NCBI GenBank assembly: GCA_041576165.1
Contig: JBFGLM010000048.1
Coordinates: 1 to 33,193, forward strand
DNA: 33,193 bases
Source: Acidimicrobiia bacterium
Lineage (GTDB): Bacteria; Actinomycetota; Acidimicrobiia; Spongiisociales; Spongiisociaceae
Reading direction: 5' to 3'
A model generated the notes under the pieces. The model was not told where the DNA came from. It did no database searches and saw only the letters and a list, made by a program, of their open reading frames with translations. This document shows positions 27,007 to 33,193 of the stretch, piece by piece; within the stretch, counting starts at the first letter, position 1; each line of letters begins with the position of its first letter. The translations under genes and the position numbers were made by a program.

Positions 27007-27885
27007 TTAGCCGTACGCGGCGGGATCGGATTCGAACGCTTCCTGGCAGCCTGCGGCGCAGAAGTAATGGCTGGTGCCGTCGTATTCCGTGACGAAGCGG
27101 GCAACACGAGGATCGACGTCCATGCCGCACACCGGATCTGTTGCCATCTCCGGTGCCGCGACATCGACTGGAGAGCCGACTCCACCCGCCCGGAACCTCA
27201 CCAGTTCGGCAAGAACCGAGACGGCGATCTCGCGGTGTTCGGTGTGACCGAGGTCCACGCCGGCCGGCGCATGAAGCCGGGCGAGCGCCTCGTCCGGCAC
27301 ACCTCGAGCCCGCAGCCACTCTTTCACTGTGGAAGCCCGTTTCTCGGAGGCCACCAGGCCCACGTACGCGGCGTCGGTGGCGAGCGCGGTTTCCAATGCG
27401 GGCTCGTCGAAATGGCCCTGGCTTGCAACCACGACGTAGTCGCGCGCGGTTACGCCGACCATCTCAGGGCCGTCGTACGCCACGGCAGACCAGTCCAACG
27501 CAGTGACCATCTGCGCCAGCGCGGCCGTCAGCGGTGAGTCCCCGACGATGTGCACTCGGGGGTTGGGCAGCATCGGTTCCACCAGCACCTCCATCGCCCC
27601 TTCACTGGAGCATGCCATGGGCACCACGATCACACCAGGCCGGTCGTCGGTGGCGCCCAACACCAGCAATCGGGCTCGACCATCGGCGAGCGCAGCCAGC
27701 GCCTGTCGCACGAGCGTCGGCTGGGCGCAGGCACCCCCGACCCAGCCCTCCACGGTTCCGTCTGGATGGATGATCGCCTTGGCTCCGGTCTTCCCGGAGG
27801 ACGGACCCCGTACCCAGGTCACACTGGCAAGCACGAACGCCCGCCCCTCCGCCATCAACCGGGCGACGCGGGCCAGAACGCTCAC
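27007..27885 (-). CDS. XdhC/CoxF/CoxI-family Mo-cofactor chaperone fused to a C-terminal YHS domain
   Basis: FVLASV...GWVGGAC, YVGLVASEKR, LHAPAGVDLG...EIAVSVLAEL, then DPVCGM...YFCAAGC..AF..DP..Y. Start is GTG 27885 or 27903. Confidence 0.88.
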   Translation of the reverse strand: MSVLARVARLMAEGRAFVLASVTWVRGPSSGKTGAKAIIHPDGTVEGWVGGACAQPTLVRQALAALADGRARLLVLGATDDRPGVIVVPMACSSEGAMEVLVEPMLPNPRVHIVGDSPLTAALAQMVTALDWSAVAYDGPEMVGVTARDYVVVASQGHFDEPALETALATDAAYVGLVASEKRASTVKEWLRARGVPDEALARLHAPAGVDLGHTEHREIAVSVLAELVRFRAGGVGSPVDVAAPEMATDPVCGMDVDPRVARFVTEYDGTSHYFCAAGCQEAFESDPAAYG

Positions 27886-27925
27886 GGCGGTTCCCCCCAC
27901 CACGAACGAGGGTGGGAGGCCCGCT

Positions 27926-30285
<2,360 letters not shown>

Positions 30286-30289
<4 letters not shown>

Positions 30290-30756
30290 GTGTTGCCTCC
30301 CCGCATCGTTGCCCCGGCCGCCTGGATCGCTTTGACGATGTTCATGTATCCCGTGCAGCGGCAGATGTTCCCGCTTATGGCCCAGCGCACCTCCTCGTCG
30401 CTGGGGACGGGATTGTCCTCCAGCAATGCGGTCCCAACCATCATCATGCCCGGCGTGCAGAAGCCGCACTGGAGGCCGTGGTTGTCCTTGAACGCGGCCT
30501 GGATCGGGTGCAACTCTCCGTTCTTCAACCCCTCCACGGTGCGGACTTCACGGCCGTTCGCCTGCACTGCAAACACCGTGCAGGACTTCACCGGCCGGCC
30601 GTCGAGCAGCACGGTGCACGCGCCACACGACGTTGTGTCGCATCCGATATGGGTACCGGTCAGCCCGAGCTCGGAGCGGATGAAGTCGACCAGGAGCATG
30701 CGCGGTTCTACGTCGCTCGACGCAGATGCGCCGTTGATGGTCACGGTGACTTCCAT
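30286..30756 (-). CDS. coxS: CO dehydrogenase small (2Fe-2S) subunit
   Basis: [12 protein letters not shown]...[20 protein letters not shown]. Confidence 0.95.
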
Positions 30757-31631
30757 CAGGTTTCTCCTCTCGCGGTGACCAGAGCTGCGGCAAATCCGCG
30801 TCTGGTGTATTCGGCGACGACTGCCCGTTTGTATTCGGCCGGTCCCCGGACGTCCGATTGGGGATCGCAGGTGCGAGCGGCGATGTCGGCCGCCTCGGCG
30901 AACAGCTCCGCAGTGGGTTCCTGGCCGATCATCATCTGCTCAGCCTCCACCACCTTGGTGTTCTTAGTGGCGACTGAGGTGAGTGCCAGCCCCGCGGTGG
31001 CCACCTGCCCGGCCTCGGTGAGGGCGAGGTGGGTAGCGACACCGACGGTGGCGTAGTCGCCGATCTTGCGCTCCAGCTTCAAGTACGTCCCGCCCGACCG
31101 GGGCGGATTCTTCGGTACCCGCAGCTCGGTGACCATCTCACCCGGTTGGAGCGAGTTGGTGAAGAAGTCGACGACAAAGTCCTCGATCGGGATCTCGCGC
31201 TCGCCCGAGCTGGATCGGGCCACGACGGTGGCGCCGATGGCCAGCATCACCGAGTTCCAGTCGCCTTCGGGGTCGCAGTGGGCAACCGAGCCGGCAACCG
31301 TTCCCCGGTTCCGCACAAGCGGATCAGCGATCCACGGCGCGGCCGCTGCCACGAGGTGATTGCCCGCGGCGATCGCGTCCGACGTGGCCACGTCGGCGTG
31401 GCGGGCGAGCGCACCTATGGCTATGTCGCCGTTGCCGTTTGTGACGTACGACAGTTCCTCGATCTGGTTGATATCGACCAGGTGCGCCGGTGAAGCCAGG
31501 CGTAGCTTCATCATCGGGATGAGGCTCTGTCCTCCGGCCAGCACCCGACCCTCTTCGCCGGTGTCAGCCAGAATTGCCAGGGCTTCCTCCAAGGTTGCGG
31601 GTGCCGAGTAGTCAAAAGCGGGTGGATACAT
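30756..31631 (-). CDS. coxM: CO dehydrogenase medium (FAD) subunit
   Basis: [51 protein letters not shown] before ATG 31631. Confidence 0.93.
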   Translation of the reverse strand: MYPPAFDYSAPATLEEALAILADTGEEGRVLAGGQSLIPMMKLRLASPAHLVDINQIEELSYVTNGNGDIAIGALARHADVATSDAIAAGNHLVAAAAPWIADPLVRNRGTVAGSVAHCDPEGDWNSVMLAIGATVVARSSSGEREIPIEDFVVDFFTNSLQPGEMVTELRVPKNPPRSGGTYLKLERKIGDYATVGVATHLALTEAGQVATAGLALTSVATKNTKVVEAEQMMIGQEPTAELFAEAADIAARTCDPQSDVRGPAEYKRAVVAEYTRRGFAAALVTARGET

Positions 31632-31783
31632 CCCGCATACCTCCTCGCTGGATCTATCGCCGAACCTAGCCAACGCGCCCTGCCCCGCGTCGGCTGAGAT
31701 GGGTAGTGGCTGACATTGCCAGCTGAGCCGCGCCGGGAGCACTAGCCGGAGGTGCCGCCGTCGGGCCGGTTAGTGGTGAGTGG

Positions 31784-32689
31784 CTAGAGCGAGGGCAGGC
31801 CGATGAGGAATCCGACAACCAGCATGACGCCGCCGCCGATCAGGAGGCGGCTGTCGCTGAGTGCCGCCGGCAGCTTGCGCGTGTAGCTCGGGTCCGCCAT
31901 CCCGGCCCCGCCCGCCAGACATGCCGCCAGTCCCGTGAGCACGAGCACAGTTGCGACGACCTCCGGGATCAGCAGAGTCAGCAGCGCCCCCACGGCCACA
32001 GCAACGCCGGCTCGTCTAGCGCCGGCAGGGATTGACCGCCACCGCTCCGCCAGCCGGGACGCTACGCCGGGTCCCCTAGCGCTGGGTTCGGTAAAGGCCT
32101 CCCCGAATATCTCCTTCGTGAGGTCGATCGGTACGGGGGTGCTCGCCTCGACGAACCTTCCCGGCAGCGGGTTGGCCTTGGCCGACTCGATCGCATCCGC
32201 CAATGGGCTTGTTTCCGGCCCCACAGCAGGCCTTGTTCCGTCTGACGTGCGGTTTTCGTGGCCGTCGAACGGCCAGGCGCTTGGTTGGGGCGGTTCGACG
32301 GGCGGGAGAGGTGCGCTCCGCCGGGATTTGGCAGCTGGCTGTGCCGGAACCCTATCGGGATAGGCCGGCGGTGCGACCGTCGCGTTGACGGTCGGTTTCT
32401 TGACTGGCTTCTGGCGGCGACGCAGGAAGCGACGTTTCGGAGCCTCATCGGTGGCGGCTTCCACCGCGTCGCTGAAGCCGTACCGATCGATCGGGCGGAC
32501 GACGAGTGACTCGCCGTCGACTGTCAGCAGAATCCCGTCACGCCGGTGTGTGAGATCGATCTTTTTCGCCGGCCACCGGCCGATCTCCTGGCCTCCCGAG
32601 CTGATGGTGACCCGTCCGGCAGCCACCTCGAAGGTCGCCTCCAGCTCACTGGTGTCATCAAGCAGATGGAATGTTCCTTGAAACAGCAT
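31784..32689 (-). CDS. Hypothetical membrane protein (N-terminal beta domain, Pro-rich linker, C-terminal TM helices)
   Basis: 301-aa ORF filling the gap, co-oriented with its neighbours, with a hydrophobic C-terminus. Confidence 0.65.
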   Translation of the reverse strand: MLFQGTFHLLDDTSELEATFEVAAGRVTISSGGQEIGRWPAKKIDLTHRRDGILLTVDGESLVVRPIDRYGFSDAVEAATDEAPKRRFLRRRQKPVKKPTVNATVAPPAYPDRVPAQPAAKSRRSAPLPPVEPPQPSAWPFDGHENRTSDGTRPAVGPETSPLADAIESAKANPLPGRFVEASTPVPIDLTKEIFGEAFTEPSARGPGVASRLAERWRSIPAGARRAGVAVAVGALLTLLIPEVVATVLVLTGLAACLAGGAGMADPSYTRKLPAALSDSRLLIGGGVMLVVGFLIGLPSL

Positions 32690-32817
32690 GCAGTTCTTGG
32701 CTCCCGGCGATCAGGGCACGTCCCCCTCTGTCACTGCCCAGCGAGTCTTTGCGCTTCCAGTAAGTATGGAGCCGTCCGTGCGCTATGCACGGCCGGATGG
32801 AAGCGCGGTGAGCTCGG

Positions 32818-33193
32818 TCACGAGCTGCACGAGAGCATCGAGCAACCGGGCCGCTCGCGCGCCCAGTCCGGGCGTCTCCCTGCGAAACTGTCCTTGCCGG
32901 GCTGATCGGCGTAGGGATGCCGCAGGACAGCCGCCAATTCCTCCAGCAAGTTTGTATCGCCCGTCTCGGCATCGTCGATCACTAGCTGCGCCAGGTAGTT
33001 TCGTAGCACATACTTCGGATTCACCGCGTGCATGCGCGCTCTGCGTTCGTCCGGACGGTATCCGTCGTGGCGAGCTCGGGCGGCGTAGGTGCGCAACCAT
33101 TTCGCGGTCCGGGCAACGCCATCTGCGTTTGGGAGCGTGTAATAGGCTTCGGTAAACCCGGCAACCAACGACTCGTCGTCACGGGCCATCGAG
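32818..33193 (-). CDS. selO: Protein adenylyltransferase SelO/YdiU, C-terminal part (5' end outside the window)
   Basis: MHAVNPKYVLRNYLAQ..I..AE.GD...L..L..PY..Q and the terminal PGCSMLSCSS are characteristic of SelO/YdiU. Confidence 0.9.
   Translation of the reverse strand, partial: SMARDDESLVAGFTEAYYTLPNADGVARTAKWLRTYAARARHDGYRPDERRARMHAVNPKYVLRNYLAQLVIDDAETGDTNLLEELAAVLRHPYADQPGKDSFAGRRPDWARERPGCSMLSCSS

Noticed and set aside
32818-32820. TGA at the end of selO as a possible selenocysteine codon
   Set aside because: It follows the normal bacterial C-terminus (SCSS), and the redox position is already TGC (Cys). It is a genuine stop.

Overview
High-GC window that looks like actinobacterial chromosomal DNA (possibly Acidimicrobiia-like; the taxon is an inference). 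In order, it contains: the 3' end of a DUF222/HNH gene; a PcaF/PaaJ-type thiolase; a lipoprotein FAD-dependent oxidoreductase; ettA; an F420-dependent (DDN-family) reductase behind a MerR/SoxR-type operator; a NodIJ/DrrAB-like ABC exporter; deoD; a cNMP-domain protein; an RCK-gated K+ channel homologue; a Nudix hydrolase; a histidine utilisation operon (hutU-hutF-hutI-def-hutH); an ECF sigma factor with an AfsR-type SARP-STAND regulator; an AhpD/CMD-like gene; a DUF5671-like membrane protein; a form I Mo-Cu CO dehydrogenase cluster (coxMSL plus XdhC-YHS); and the 3' end of selO. Four observations stand out. (1) The ORF track splits the AhpD-like gene, but it reads as one 188-codon frame with an in-frame TGA in a C-x-x-U motif, followed 12 nt later by a SECIS-like hairpin, so it is a probable selenoprotein. 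(2) A peptide deformylase homologue is translationally coupled inside a hutF-type operon that lacks hutG, making it a candidate non-orthologous N-formylglutamate deformylase. (3) A SARP-type heptamer repeat sits in canonical position upstream of the ECF sigma gene, suggesting a SARP-to-sigma cascade. (4) The form I CODH cluster is compact and has no coxDEG nearby. All family calls come from motif recognition by eye; no database searches were run.
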